Positions 23,098 to 48,419 of a stretch of DNA of 64,000 nt are shown here, one piece after another. A program made the translations under genes and the position numbers. Under the pieces are notes generated by a model that searched no databases, was not told where the DNA came from, and saw only the letters and a program-made list of their open reading frames with translations. Position 1 is the first letter of the stretch. Each line of letters begins with the position of its first letter. Source of the DNA: Chrysomallon squamiferum (Eukaryota > Animalia > Mollusca); NCBI GenBank assembly GCA_012295275.1, contig CM022678.1, positions 15,314,001 through 15,378,000 of the forward strand, read 5' to 3'.

Positions 23098-23998
23098 ATA
23101 CTGGTGCTGTTGATGACCTCTTTAATAAACAAACATGAGGGTAAAATAAGATATGCAAAAATTGCAAAGTCACTATAACAGTGTCCCTCAGGTACGCATT
23201 TTTAAATATCTTTATGTGAATGGTGCCTAAATGTGTGCATTGAAGATATACATTATTTTTTTAATTGATTTTTAACTGTTTTTAATGTACAGAGACATTT
23301 TTTTTTTTTTACAAGTTGTTAATAAAGTTAATATAATAAATATTTTTAAATGAATCTTTGCGTTCCTTTTTTGTTCATTAGCCAAATAAGTGCCTTATTT
23401 TTCTTCTATCTCAGACATTTCAGTAATCTCTTAAAACCACTGCCATAGTGCAAACCCTTATTTAGTTTACAAAGCTTATGCAATTCTTACCAATAACATT
23501 CATTTAGTATTTACATTATGTGAGTGTGTGTGTGTGTATATATATATAAACCCAGTCTTATTTAGATTTTATAATAATAGCTTATATAATTCTGTTGCAT
23601 TAGAATTATTTGAATGTAATTTACTGAATGAAGAAAAACTGGAAATAATTTAAAACAAATCTTTTCTTCAGTATGTATGAAGTAATTATTTTATATTTTT
23701 CTTCATTAAAAATTATGAAGATTAATGCCAGCTAGTTATTAATCAAAGGTAATACATAATTTTGTATATGAATGCACATGTTGGAAAAAAAAAATATATA
23801 TATAATAGTTTTATTTTATTTGTTGTTATTTGACAAGCATTACTTACAAGCTTTACATTGAATATTTTTGATGTCACTCTAATCCAAACTAGTGGTTTTG
23901 ATTATATTTTCTTCTCACAGTAACAATTACTCTAAGTTTTGAAGTCATCAAAAGAAAATTAGCTATTTTGAGACTGGATCAAAAAATAATTCCCTTTG

Positions 23999-25927
23999 TC
24001 AGCTGATTCCACTCCACTGTAATGAGGTATACACAACTTTATCATCAGAATTGAATGCACATAACAACACTGTTTTTTTAACATTAGATCCAAGTCGACC
24101 AAGTGAAATGATGTCAAGAGCTGGTATGGGTGATGTGAAAGGCTTGCACACAGCAATGTAAAATGAATGAAATCTTGCAGGGTCACCTGAAAAATATTTT
24201 TAAAACATGATTAGGAGGACAATGATTGTTAAAATTACACATTAATAAATAATAATTACAGGAGATTTAATATAAAATTAACAATAATTAGAATAATAAT
24301 CAAATAATAATAATAAAGAACATGCATAATGTTTATTAAAGTCTTGTTTAAAAAGAAAATATTCCTTAAAACAAAATAAAAAAATAAAACCCCTTAATTT
24401 TGTTCTTACCTCGTTCACAATTGAAAATATTTAATTTAAAATAAGAGCAAAATGAATTAAGAAATAGGTAACTCTATTTAACAACATTTTCAATCAGTAC
24501 TTAATTCATGTGTGTTAAATAAAATTAATCACAATATCTTTATAAAAGAGAAATGTAATACTGTGCCTTATGGTATGTAATATATATAAAATCAACAGAG
24601 AATGAACCAACCATTCAAGTCTGTTATTGGTAATATGTGAAATAATTCACATATATTTTAAAACTTCTATGTTATAATTTACTGCCAGTCAATATTAAAT
24701 ATGTAAAAATCATAGGAACTTCTCTTATATTTTAGAAAATATATAACCGAATTTAATCAAGAATAATCATGACACATCTAATCATAAATAATATTTAAAA
24801 AAACAAAAAACAAACCTGGATATACTAAGAAATCGCCTCCAAATTTTCCACCAGCTGTCAGGTAATATCCTTGCTCCCATAAATCTTTGAAAACTCTGAA
24901 CCTCAGCTTTTCTCTGTCATCTGATGGAAACTGCCATTTACCATTCTCCAGAGAAACATCTGACTTCCAAGGATTTTCTGAAAGAATGTGTATTAAAAAC
25001 AAAAATTATAATTATTTCCACTTTTTGATGTTGACACTTTTAATTTTAAAAAGCAATACTATTATTCTTATTATTGATAATCTATGTCATTAAGACAAAT
25101 TTAAACTCATTTTTACTTATTTTCTTTATGAAAAAACAAAGAAAGAAAGAGGAACCGATAACTAATAGTTAAATTAAAAACAGAAATTTATTATAGAAAC
25201 AAAATAAATATATAACATAACATGTTCATTAAATTTGAGTACGTACCTGTAAATAACTGCACTAAAGAGTTATCTTTTCCTATTGGTGGGACTACAATGT
25301 TTTCAAGGTCAAATTCCTCTTCTGGATGCAAACTGAGATCAGTGTTTATACCAGCTGATTTTTGTTCTTCCAACATCTTCTGCACTTTTGCTTTCTTGCC
25401 TTCAATTATTTTCTGTCTGTTTCTGGATATTTCCCTTTTCCTTTCTTTGCGAAACAGTTCTATCTAAAATATTATTTTAAAAAAATGTATACTTCATCAG
25501 AACATTCTTTAAAATGCACTCCAAAATGATATCACTTTCTCCTCTCCTTTAATAGAATAAAATAAAACAGAAATATAATCATTAACATTAATCAATGATT
25601 AAATAAAAAGTGTTTTTAGAATTCTGTTATGAAATAAAAAAAAAGTATTTGAATATTAAAGAACACTTAAAAATACTGTTTATCCAATAGGCTGGCTACC
25701 TGAGCTTCGTAATTTTCATTTCTCATCTTTTTGAAAGCTTCAAACTTTTCAGTTGTCTGTAAGCCATCATTCATTTCATCATCAACCAACTCAGCAAAAC
25801 CTGAAATTTTTCATGTTTTAAGGATTTAAGGAACTGCAGTGTTAAATTGTATAATATGGTGATTTGACAAATATGTCTATGGAGAAGTTTTACAAAATAT
25901 TATTACTATTTTATTTTATTTTAATTT

Positions 25928-25994
<67 letters not shown>

Positions 25995-26683
25995 ATATGT
26001 ATATATGTATAAAATTATTGAAATGCAGAAACCTTTTCTGAGCAGTAATGTAACTTCTTCTGGCATCAGTTGAAGAGGAAGCCCAAGATGAATATTCTGA
26101 CGAGGGGCACGTGGTAAACATCCTACCAGCGTCCCAACAACACGACATTCCTCTCTCAGTATGGCAGCATCTAGACCAAAATAAGATGAACATATTTACA
26201 GAAAACGTAAATGTTAATGAAAAAAATATTCTCCAACTGTTTCCTATTATTTATTTATTTATTTTGCATAAATATTTTATTATTATTACTATTATTATTA
26301 TTTTGAATTAAGCTAATATATAATTAATAATTTATATTATGATCAATGACAATATTAATTTACTGTAATTTATTGTTACTTAAATTATCGATTATGTTTC
26401 CGAATTTATGTTAACTAACATTAGTAAATAGTAATACTAATACTAATAGTAATACTATTAGTATTAGTAATAAGTTAATAACTCCGTTTTAACTTTGTAA
26501 CTGTGTAACGTGTGTTTAACCAGTATTATGAGTATAAAGAATGTTTAATCTCTCTTCATTCTAGAGTTAGGTGACAATGATATGAATGCAAAATATTACA
26601 CTTAGTTAACAAAACATACCTTCAGCATTCCAAACAAACACGTTTCCTTTAGAAAGATGCAGTCTCATAACCTGTTTTTCCAT
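23999..26683 (-). CDS. TSEN34: tRNA-splicing endonuclease subunit Sen34
   Basis: Exons 26683-26620, 26170-26033, 25800-25700, 25463-25247, 24977-24816, 24186-23999. Motifs [52 protein letters not shown] and LGRLGSNVKKT contain the Tyr/His/Lys catalytic triad; ends YTSLQWSGIS*. Confidence 0.95.
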
Positions 26684-26699
26684 AGCATCCTTACCTTTA

Positions 26700-26771
26700 A
26701 CTGGGCGCTGCCATTCTGCCTTTTCTTCTATTATGTCAGCGCACTTAATTCGGAGCACCAACAACTAGTTG

Positions 26772-26806
<35 letters not shown>

Positions 26807-27600
26807 ATCTTACTTCTGTCTGATAGTTTTGAAATGAAGTCGTGTTACAGAGGCATGTTGCGTCTTTATAACATATCTATATAATCTATCTATTTATATA
26901 CAATAAATATATAACGGTGTCGCAATTGCAAAACGTTTAATTCTACTGCGAAGACCGAAACTGAAAACATTTGCATCCAGCGGTATATTTACTTTTATTG
27001 TTATCTCCAAAACACTAAACAAGCAAGATATTAATGTCACAGCTCGCTCTTTATACAGCCCTTAGATTTGTGGATGTCTAGGTGTCCAGTGAATCATTAC
27101 CATCTCTGGCCACATTACTTTCAGTTTAGTGATCAGGCTATATGTATTTTGTGAAATTTTAAGAATTATTATTTTCTTCATTTAGACTGAGATACCAAGA
27201 ATTTTATTATCAAACTCCATGACCAACAGCCAATTAATGTCTATAAATAAAAATATGAGATTATCTTTCCAAAGTTGTCATTTATTAATTGTGATATCTA
27301 TACTAATTAATATTAACCATATTTAACTTTAACTTTTCTTCTTTTTAAAACTACGTTATATTATTAGCATATATATTTTTAAACAAATAATAATAATAAA
27401 TAATAAATATAACAAATTTTCAATAAATGCATGACTGTATCGTTCTGAAATCATTACTCAACTTACAGGAGTAGATCAATAAAACACGATCATATATAAC
27501 CACGTTTTGGTTTTTGGGGAGGCCGTCATATGAAACCATTTCCGGAAAACAGACGGAAGTCATCTTACTTTGTTCAAGATGTTGGTTGTTTGATAAATTA
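26700..27600. promoter_or_regulatory. Divergent promoter region for TSEN34 and STK3
   Basis: Start codons are ~950 bp apart head-to-head; ETS-like TTCCGGAA and ACGGAAGT at ~27540-27560, just upstream of STK3. Confidence 0.5.
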
Positions 27601-27631
27601 ACCTTAATTCAAGGAAAACAAAGTTGCAAAG

Positions 27632-38438
<10,807 letters not shown>

Positions 38439-38599
38439 TAGATTTGTGTTTTTTTTTCTTAATTACTGCATGGCTGGATTTAAAAAAAAAAAAAGACAAT
38501 CATATTTCTCCCTAATGTCTGATGTGCAGTGGATAAAGTTTTATCTGACTGCCAAGTTAGGAAGAATAATTTTATCAGGATCAGATATTAAGGAGGAAT

Positions 38600-38925
38600 C
38601 ACTCATACAATTTTATGTTACAGTGGATTTACTGATAAAGTTTGTTACCATGGAATTACTGACAAAAATTTACAGTAAAATTTCTGATAAAAGGTATGTT
38701 ATAATAATGAAATTACTGATAAAAGTTATGTTGCAATGAAATTACTGATAAAATTTGTTACAATGAAATTACTGATAAAATTTGTTACAATGAAATTACT
38801 GATAAAATTTTATGTTACAATGAAGTTACTGATAAAATTTATGTTGCAGTGAAATTATTGATAAAATTTTATGTTATAGAAAAATTACTGAAACTTTGTT
38901 TCTATGGGATTACTGATAAAATTGT
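38600..38925. repeat. ~25 bp minisatellite (ttactgataaaatttgttacaatgaaa) in the STK3 3' region
   Basis: About ten degenerate tandem units shortly after the stop codon. Confidence 0.85.
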
Positions 38926-40544
38926 ATCAGATTTGAAAAAAAAATTGATTCTGGACGTACAAGAAAGATAATTTTGACAGACTTAACCAAGTTAATATTG
39001 ATTAACATTAAGAAAGTAATTGTCCATATTTTCTCACCTGTCTCATGATAATGCTAAATTATCATTTTTAAATAATTATTTAATAAAACTTTTCAAAGTT
39101 TGTCCAAAGTTTTTTTAAGAAGCTACATTCATAGATTATTCTTTAATATTTTCTTTTGTTTTTCTATATAAACAAAATTAACAACAGTGAAGGTTTTCTA
39201 AACAAGATGAAATTTAACAATATGCATTTTATAGGACTTTTTTTTTTTTTTTTTATTATATTATAAATCTTCTTCTTCATAGAATTATTATTACTATTAT
39301 TAGTGATTTTATTATCATTATTATTATTATCAATTTTTATTTTTTATTTATTTATTTATTTATTATGCTGATCGGGTCTTTGGATTGTATTAATCAAAAC
39401 TTTGTCCCAGCTGTATTATATTCACAGTTCATTCTATTTTCAGGTTTGTGCAAAAACAGCTTTTAAAAATTCTGTACTAACAGCATTTTATTATAAAATA
39501 GATGTTTGTTTTCAATTACTGTTATTTAGATTAACACTGAGAAATTTTCATAAAACAAATCTTTTCACTTGATGTTCTGATACTGTGCTTTATCAGTTGG
39601 ATTTGAAAACTGTTAGAAATTCCGTTAGAAATTGTTTCAGATTGGGAGGAAATATGACTTAGTAAAATATATAATCATTTATTAGATGCTTTTTTTCTGT
39701 ATCAGATATTTACACCAATCTTATATTAATCATGGTTTACATTGAGCATTAATTGAATCTTGTAATCATGCTTTCATTATTTTTTAAATGTAATGAAATT
39801 CCCAGTGTTCAGATGAACTTGAGCAGTAAGGTGATTCTGTTGTTTTCAGACATATTTTTCTATCAGCTCTACGCCTTGATTTCAGTGGAACGTTATTTCA
39901 GACTTGTTATTAACAGATTTCTTTTTAAATTTTAATATAACTAATTAACATTGTGTGAACAGAAATTAGTGTCAGTGTTTGATCATGAAATGTCTGATGT
40001 AAAGGAATCATGTTTGCATTTCTGAATTCTCTGAAAAATTGCAAAACTTAAATATTTCAGAATAATTAAAATTGACTGAAATAATGCATTTGAAGTAAGA
40101 AAATCTCATTGACACACAAACATACACACACACAGACAAGCACATACACATAGGCACATTCATTCACTTGAATGTCAGATATTTACAGAGGTCAAGATTC
40201 TTAAAAGAAAAATGTTTTCTCAATAGTTAGAAATATGTTGTTTAAAATTTAAAGGATTTTGAAAAAGACTAATATTAAAAACAGTATCATTTTCTATCAA
40301 ATTTATATATTAAACAGATTCAACTGCCTTGTTTACAGTGTCCTCCCAGATGTAAGACTATTTATTGATGTTGTAAAAATTAATTATCATATTTAATAAT
40401 AAATAGAAAACAACAACAAAATGTTAGTGTTAATGTAAATAATATTAAACTGTGAATCTCAGTTAAATATTAGACAAAACAGTTAAAACACTAAAAAACG
40501 TTCTTAACATATCTATTTTTAAATTACTGTTATTCAGTAACTTT

Positions 40545-40598
<54 letters not shown>

Positions 40599-41113
40599 TT
40601 ATATCACATTTATAATTTTATTTTATTTTTTGTTTTTCATTTATTTAAAGCATGTTTATTGGAAATAAGAGCAAATTATTTTACTGGTGATAAACATTTG
40701 CTGTAAAATCTATTTCCATCTTATTATGAAGTTTTTAAATTAATTTTAGATTAGAAACTTTATTTACACAAGTATATATAAGTAAAGTGACATTTTTAAT
40801 TTAAAGGTTGAATTGAGATATGTATATTGTAAGTGTGATTTGTGATACAGATAAATATTTTGTACTAACTGATATGTATGTATTGTACAGCAAAATCAGA
40901 GGATCTGTCAGTGGTTACATTTTATAAAATTATTATTTTTTAATATATGGTGTAAGGTCATTTTTTTTTATGTATAGAAATAATATTTTCAGACTAAAAA
41001 AACAATACGACCAGAACTGCCAAAATCAGCCATATCCTAAATAATTTAAAATAATTTTTATTTATTATTTATTATCATAAACTGTTATGTATTTTTATTT
41101 ACATATTAAGAAT

Positions 41114-41148
<35 letters not shown>

Positions 41149-42087
41149 TAATAATAATAATTATTATTATTATTTTTTTTTTTATAGGCAATTGTAAATT
41201 ATTTAGAACTTTGATATAAAGTAAATGTTTTATATGAACTGTATATAAACGAACCCTCTGTTTATAGATTTTACTGTTTAAAAATATTAAATAAAACATA
41301 AAAATAGAACATAACTGCTGACAGGTTTTAACATATTCATCACACTCACACAGTATGAATGTATGTAGATAATGTAGATATTGGATGAACACATGTATAT
41401 CAATAAAGTGTATGGGAATGTTAAATAAAATATTGTATATTAACACTCAAAATTAGCATTTGTCTTCATTTGTCATAAAGTTTGGATATTTACAGATGTG
41501 ATGCTTTTTAATTGATAATGGAAAGCTGATTTTACTGAAAAAACTTTGAGTTTCTGGTTTTGATATTAAAAGTATATGAATGTGTTTGTGCAAGTATGTC
41601 CATTTATCTCACTATTTTGCTATATGTCCATTTATCTCACTATTTTGCTATTTTCAACTGTTAAAATATACTGAACAGCAGTCAGCTAGTTTGGTTATAT
41701 CTATCTGCTAGAAAAAGGGATGTTTTCCTAATAATAAGCTGTGTGTCTGTGTGGGGAGAGAGAGAGATAAGTTTATAGGGTAAAGATGAAATTATAAGAC
41801 AGTTGTTCCTGCCATCCAGCGATCTTAAATAAGAAAACAAAATGAAATTAAATGTTTTATTACCCAACTCGCCACTCTTCAGAGTAATAGTCTGACACAT
41901 ACTTCATAACAAAGTAGTTCTGAAAGAACTGTTTTTAAAGATTTGCTTTCAAACTGGTCTTCCAAGTCTAAATCAGCAATTCAACATGCAGAGTATATTT
42001 TACCTCTACGTGATTGCAGGATAAGTATACATATAATTGTGTGTGTGTGTTGTTATGATGATGGTGATGATAATGATGATGATGATG

Positions 42088-42182
<95 letters not shown>

Positions 42183-42464
42183 CATCAGCAGCAGCAGCAG
42201 TAGTTGTAGTAGAAGTAGTAGTAGAAGGTGTAGTAATTGTAATAGCTGTTGTGTAACAAGTACTTATTTATTATTTATGTTCCTGTTCTAATTAATGGAA
42301 AACACTTGAGAGACTTAGATTCAGAACAAAACTACAATTATTTAATTATTTGTGTGTTTTATCGTACATCTCTATGCAAAGATAAAAAAAAAGTATATAT
42401 CCTAATAGTAGAAAAACTTATTGACGTGTGTGTGTGTGTGTATATATATGTATATAAATATATA

Positions 42465-42537
<73 letters not shown>

Positions 42538-42943
42538 TTGTTTTACTAGATGTGTAGTGATAATGAAATCAGAATAGATCAAGAGGAAGTTGAGAGTTCG
42601 TACACACTCATCAGGCAAATTTAAAATAGCTACACATAATTTAAAACTGCTTCATTAGACAAGGAAGTTTGTTTATTTAAATATTGCTCAGAAATTTAGA
42701 AGAGTGAATTAATTTAAATTATAAATGTTCAGTAACAAACATACTGCATATAGCGATACGTTGTAAAATAGAAAAAAAAAAAAAAAAAAAAGTATATTCC
42801 AGAGATCTGCAAACGTTTCAAATTAAAAATCTTTTCATGGAATCCTTGATCACAACATGTAAAATAAATAAATAAACATTATCAGTAATAAATATCTATT
42901 CAAAGATAAATAAACTGTAATAATTTGAAAAGATTTGTTATAT

Positions 42944-43014
<71 letters not shown>

Positions 43015-43311
43015 TAATTATTAATCACAAGCTTCTTATATCGGTACAGTCATACCATAATTGACTTATTTAAATTCGACCCCCCCCAATGACCTAGACA
43101 TTTATTGACATTTTGCATAGTACCATCGATCATTTATACCTGACAAATATTGACTTATTAACTTTGATACGATGCTAGCTTGTGTAATAAAGTAATATAA
43201 AAACGAAGCAAGTATTAAACGCATATAGAGAATTTCTGTTTAAAAGTTTGCTTTATCCATCAATCAATCAATCAATCTATCTATTTACTTATTATTATTA
43301 TTGTTATCACC

Positions 43312-43710
43312 ACCATCATCACTTGCCATATATTAATATAAAAATTCAAATATACATCTAACAAAATCATTAAATAAAAGACAACTATTTATAATTATTA
43401 AAATAAGAACCCATAGGTAAATAAAAATATTTTTGAATATGTTCATCTAGTTAACTTACAACTGTCACTTATAATGATATTAGACATAACACATTTTTTT
43501 ATTTTGTTGGAAATATTGGACATGAATTCTATATATTGTTATTATTATTATTTTGTTTTGTTTTCTTATTTGTTTTAAATGGAAATTTATATAATGAAAA
43601 TTGTACATACTTAGTATTTTCTTATAAATAACAATATTTTCTTCATGTATATTGTATATTTTCTTCATGTGTGATTGATAATACTGGAAATGTCTTCTTT
43701 ATAGTTTTTG
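43312..43710 (+). repeat. ~400 bp dispersed repeat, copy 2 (copy 1 at ~11955-12363)
   Basis: Colinear, high similarity to copy 1 with small indels. Confidence 0.9.
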
Positions 43711-44175
43711 GAAATGATGATGTAGATAATGTGCGTCATTGTCGTACTTTATTAGTAGTAAAGCTGATATCCATTAACAAAACAACATGAGCATGTAATT
43801 GTATTACATTATATGATACATAGATACATGTGCACATACCTACTATACATATACACGTATATATGTGTGTGTGTGTGTGCGCGCGAGCGCGTGCGTTTGT
43901 TTATGTGTAATCCTATATGTTTATATTTTCGACCTTAATATACATACCAACATTGTTAGAATAAGTAGTTTATTTCATTTTCACTTATTTTTCTCGTAAC
44001 ATTTTTAATTATCTAATTGTTTTAGTATATAACAAGATTTTAAAAACAAGATATAATTACGTCACTTAAATTAATTAATTAATTTATTTTTGATGTTATT
44101 GTTTTTGTTTTGCAATTTTAATCTATTTGTTTAACACATCCACGCATACGCATACACGTGGATATAGTAAGTGCA

Positions 44176-44208
<33 letters not shown>

Positions 44209-44441
44209 TCATACAATAAAATATAACCATTGTAATAAAAATGCATACAATGAATAAATTTATGCATTATCAAATATATACAGGCAAACATGTCATATAA
44301 TTGTTTCTTGACTGTTTCTTTTATTTCTTTTCTTTTTCTTCTTTTAATTTTTTCTTTCTTTCCAAATATTCGAATCAAATATTCGTTTCTGTAAACAAAC
44401 ATCTGAAGTTAAAACCGGATAGTGATAAATTTGCGAATGAG

Positions 44442-45683
44442 TTATTTGCCCCTTGTAAAACAGTCACTGCACTTTCTCTTACAGAACAATGCAATAAAAA
44501 CCGTCTGGCATTCTTTTCGAAACCTTGGACTACAAAATCCGTAGATGAAGGCGTTGGCGACGCTGTTGATGAAGTATGACCGTACAAATATGTTGTACGT
44601 GATTAGCACGCCTGTTCTGGGTTCACTCAGAAAACGCTTGTCAAACGCACGAATCGATTTTAAAATGAGATGCGGAAGAAAGCTCAGTGTAAACACGAGA
44701 GAAATTAGAAAAAGCATAAAAGTTGTTTTGAGCATGCGCATATCTCGTTGCGATTTCTGAAACGTCTTAAAAGACGATGTCTTTCGGATCACGTTTTTCC
44801 TCGGCTGGTCCAGCGACGCTATTGAATATTCCGAATGGTTCTCGTCTGCATACGAGTGTACATCCGGTTCCGTGTCATGGTGAATCTTTTCACTTCCGCT
44901 CAGTGACCTGCTGCGCGATGGTTTCTCCCTGGTTGCAATTTGTTTTCTGAACTGACTTTGTTTTATGACTTTCTTCGCTATCAAAGTGTACAAAACAATC
45001 ATTAGACTAAAGGATGAGATAAAAAAGAGGAACAGAACAGCGTTGTAGATTATCGGGTACTTCGTATTTTTAATGAGGTCGCTTGTCGAACATTCTGTCC
45101 CGTACACTCCGTGGATTCCGGTTTCCACCGTCATTGTTCCGTATATGACAAGTGCAGGCCAGGTAAACATGGCCGCTAAGCCACACGACCCAACAATCAT
45201 TTTAACAGTGCCGCGAGCAGAGATGTGGACAGTCAGCGGGTGGCAGATTCTGCAGTATCTGTCAATTGCCACGGCGACGAGGGTGACTCCGGATGCGAGC
45301 GAGGAAAACGTCGTAGCTACTCTCATAACCCGACAGAGAGCATCCGAGTAAAACGTGAACGAAAACCTGAGGTCCGCGATTTCTCCTGGCAGACCCAAAC
45401 AACAACACAGCAAGTCAAGAATGGCGAGAGCAATGACGTAGTTCCGTGTCGAACTCGATTTGAATTTCCTGATATGAACATATAAAACCAAACCGTTACC
45501 CACAATTCCTATTACCATAAGTATCCCAAGGTACACCATAATAGGAAGCAAGGTTAAAGCCTCTTTCTGGCTCGCTCTGTCTAGATACGCGTCTCTGTCG
45601 ATGACAGGCTGGAAATCAATGGAGCTGTTTTCTCCTGCCTCCAGCGACGTACAGTTAAACACGAGGTTGCAGTCAACAGACAT
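44442..45683 (-). CDS. Rhodopsin-like (class A) orphan peptide-type GPCR, 413 aa, single coding exon
   Basis: Seven hydrophobic segments; TM1 GN, TM2 LAILD, TM3 DRY, TM6 SFLP, TM7 NSVANAFIY and a Cys-containing tail. A probable 5'UTR intron runs from donor ~46338 to acceptor ~45772. Confidence 0.93.
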   Translation of the reverse strand: MSVDCNLVFNCTSLEAGENSSIDFQPVIDRDAYLDRASQKEALTLLPIMVYLGILMVIGIVGNGLVLYVHIRKFKSSSTRNYVIALAILDLLCCCLGLPGEIADLRFSFTFYSDALCRVMRVATTFSSLASGVTLVAVAIDRYCRICHPLTVHISARGTVKMIVGSCGLAAMFTWPALVIYGTMTVETGIHGVYGTECSTSDLIKNTKYPIIYNAVLFLFFISSFSLMIVLYTLIAKKVIKQSQFRKQIATREKPSRSRSLSGSEKIHHDTEPDVHSYADENHSEYSIASLDQPRKNVIRKTSSFKTFQKSQRDMRMLKTTFMLFLISLVFTLSFLPHLILKSIRAFDKRFLSEPRTGVLITYNIFVRSYFINSVANAFIYGFCSPRFRKECQTVFIALFCKRKCSDCFTRGK

Positions 45684-46835
45684 ATTTGTTTTGTATTCAG
45701 AGTGGAACTTTTAGTGTAGCTTATTTTGTGTTGAACCTTTAATGGAACTGCAGAAGCAGAAATTAGGTTTTCTGAAAAATAAAAATAAAAATATAAAATA
45801 AAATAATAAGAATTAAAAATTAAAAACATTATAAATTTTAACAAACAAACAAACAAATAAACAAACACACAAGTAAACAAAAACAGTCAAATACATAAAT
45901 AAATATATAAATAAACAACAAATGAAAAGTTTTTAATTAATTAATTAATTAATTTTATTATTTTATTACTTTTTTTAAAAGTCTTGTTATATACTTAAAC
46001 AATTAGATAATTAAATGTTTCACGAAAATTAAGTTTACTATGTTTGCTGGGTTCACTTAGCTGCGTAATTATACATCTGCGTGTTTTAGAACGTTTATAT
46101 ATTTACACGTTAGCAGCTTGTTAGCAGCTGTAGCAACAGCAATTTTGGTGGAGTGACTTTATCTTAGGGATGTAGTAGTTGCAGTAAGAAGAAAAAGAAA
46201 AAAGAAAAGGAAAGAAAATAAAAATGGAATGGACGAATGTCGTCTGCCGGTATGTATAAAACATATATATATATTATATAATGCTCTATCTAATACTAAA
46301 AAATAATAATAATAAAAGAAAAAAAGAATAAAGCTTACCAGTAGTCTATTTAGAAAACCACAGCATTATCACATTTTCAATCTGTAAACACGGAGAACTT
46401 CAGTAAATATGATCAGACAGAGAAGAAGACCAAAAACCAGTGATTGTTAAGCGGTACTTCCGGAGAAATCCCGGTTTACAAAGGACAACAATAAGAATCC
46501 AGCCAGCCCCACTATCTGTACCAGGGCGATATCCGGAGACGAAGAAACTAAAGAAATTTCATGTTTAAGTGCGCACGTTTCTACAGAAAGTGGAGTTTAG
46601 TCGGAAATGAAACTGTATCAGGATCATTACAAACCATAACATGCACTTCACATTTTAAATATTTCTGGGATTACTGGGAAAGTTTGTGGGTTTGGGGGTG
46701 AATCAGAGAAATATACATTGATTTAATTTTGGAAATAGGCTTGTACATTTTTAAATAGCAGCTATGGCACACCTAGCTCATACAAAGTACATTTCATATA
46801 GTGGTTGAGAATAATTTTATTTTTCTCTTGTTAAC

Positions 46836-46866
<31 letters not shown>

Positions 46867-46953
46867 TTTTGTTGTTGTGCTTCTTCGCCTTCTTCTACTT
46901 CGTCTACGTCTGCTAAACTGCTACAGCCACCGTCATAACTATCAGCTTCACTT

Positions 46954-46990
<37 letters not shown>

Positions 46991-47148
46991 CATCTCCTTC
47001 ACCACTAATGCTGCTACTAATACTAGTATAAAAGTAGTATTAGTGATAGTAATGGTAATACCAGTAATAACAGTGGTAGTGATAGTAGTAATAGGAATAA
47101 TAGTAGCTTAGTTTTGATTGGTCCTAGATTTTCAAAATTATGATAAAA

Positions 47149-47195
<47 letters not shown>

Positions 47196-47464
47196 AAAAA
47201 AAAAAAATAAAAAAATATAACGAATGAAAAAAGAAAAGACAAATAAAAAGGTGAAAATAAAAGCCGCATTTGTCTGTGTTTACAAAAATAACTATTAGGT
47301 AACACTGGTCTAATTCAAGTGGAAATATATTTAGACTGTTTCTTCGCATAGTAAGTGCAGCGTTGCGCAACTGCAATCTTAGGTCAAAAATTAGACTCGA
47401 ACAAGGATCTGAACATTAAGTCACTTGAGTACGCTTTGTGATTAATCCAGTCTACCGGAACAAA

Positions 47465-48418
47465 GCCGGAAAATACACAAGAACACAATATTAGTAACAC
47501 AAGCCGGAAAATATACAAGAACACAATATTAGTAACACAAGCCGGAAAATACACAAGAACACAATATTAGTAACACAAGCCGGAAAATATACACGAACAC
47601 AATATTAGTAACACAAGCCGGAAAATATACAAGAACACAATATTAGTAACACAAGCCGGAAAATACACAAGAACATAATATTAGTAACACAAGCCGGAAA
47701 ATACACAAGAGCATAATATTAGTAACACAAGCCGGAAAATACACAAGAACACAATATTAGTAACACAAGCCGGAAAATACACAAGAACACAATATTAGTA
47801 ACACAAGCCGGAAAATACACAAGAACACAATATTAGTAACACAAACCGGAAAATACACAAGAACACAATATTAGTAACACAAGCCGGAAAATACACAAGA
47901 ACACAATATTAGTAACACAAGCCGGAAAATACACAAGAACATAATATTAGTAACACAAGCCGGAAAATACACAAGAACACAATATTAGTAACACAAGCCG
48001 GAAAATACACAAGAACACAATATTAGTAACACAAGCCGGAAAATACACAAGAACAGAATATTAGTAACACAAGCCGGAAAATACACAAGAACACAATATT
48101 AGTAACACAAGCCGGAAAATACACAAGAACATAATATTAGTAACACAAGCCGGAAAATACACAAGAACACAATATTAGTAACACAAGCCGGAAAATACAC
48201 AAGAACACAATATTAGTAACACAAGCCGGAAAATACACAAGAACACAATATTAGTAATACAAGCCGGAAAATACACAAGAACACAATATTAGTAACACAA
48301 GCCGGAAAATACACAAGAACACAATATTAGTAACACAAGCCGGAAAATACACAAGAACACAATATTAGTAACACAAGCCGGAAAATACACAAGAACACAA
48401 TATTAGTAACACAAGCCG
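47465..48418. repeat. 38 bp minisatellite, ~25 near-identical copies (gccggaaaatacacaagaacacaatattagtaacacaa)
   Basis: Head-to-tail units with no spacers and few substitutions. Confidence 0.97.
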
Positions 48419-48419
48419 C

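Noticed and set aside
21215-23340. Cytoplasmic polyadenylation elements in the F-box 3'UTR
   Set aside because: TTTTAT-like words are ubiquitous at this AT content, so enrichment cannot be judged by eye.
41943-42618. ORFs with poly-Y, poly-I or ER runs (also 660-944, 4286-4511, 15407-15607, 49098-49298, 63099-63431)
   Set aside because: These are translations of (ATT)n and (GA)n microsatellites; only the embedded true exons were kept.
44301-45505. Several overlapping ORFs on both strands of the GPCR
   Set aside because: Shadow frames of a GC-richer coding region with no recognisable motifs.
47465-48418. CRISPR-like array (38 bp period)
   Set aside because: Units are head-to-tail with no unique spacers, there are no cas genes, and the context is eukaryotic.
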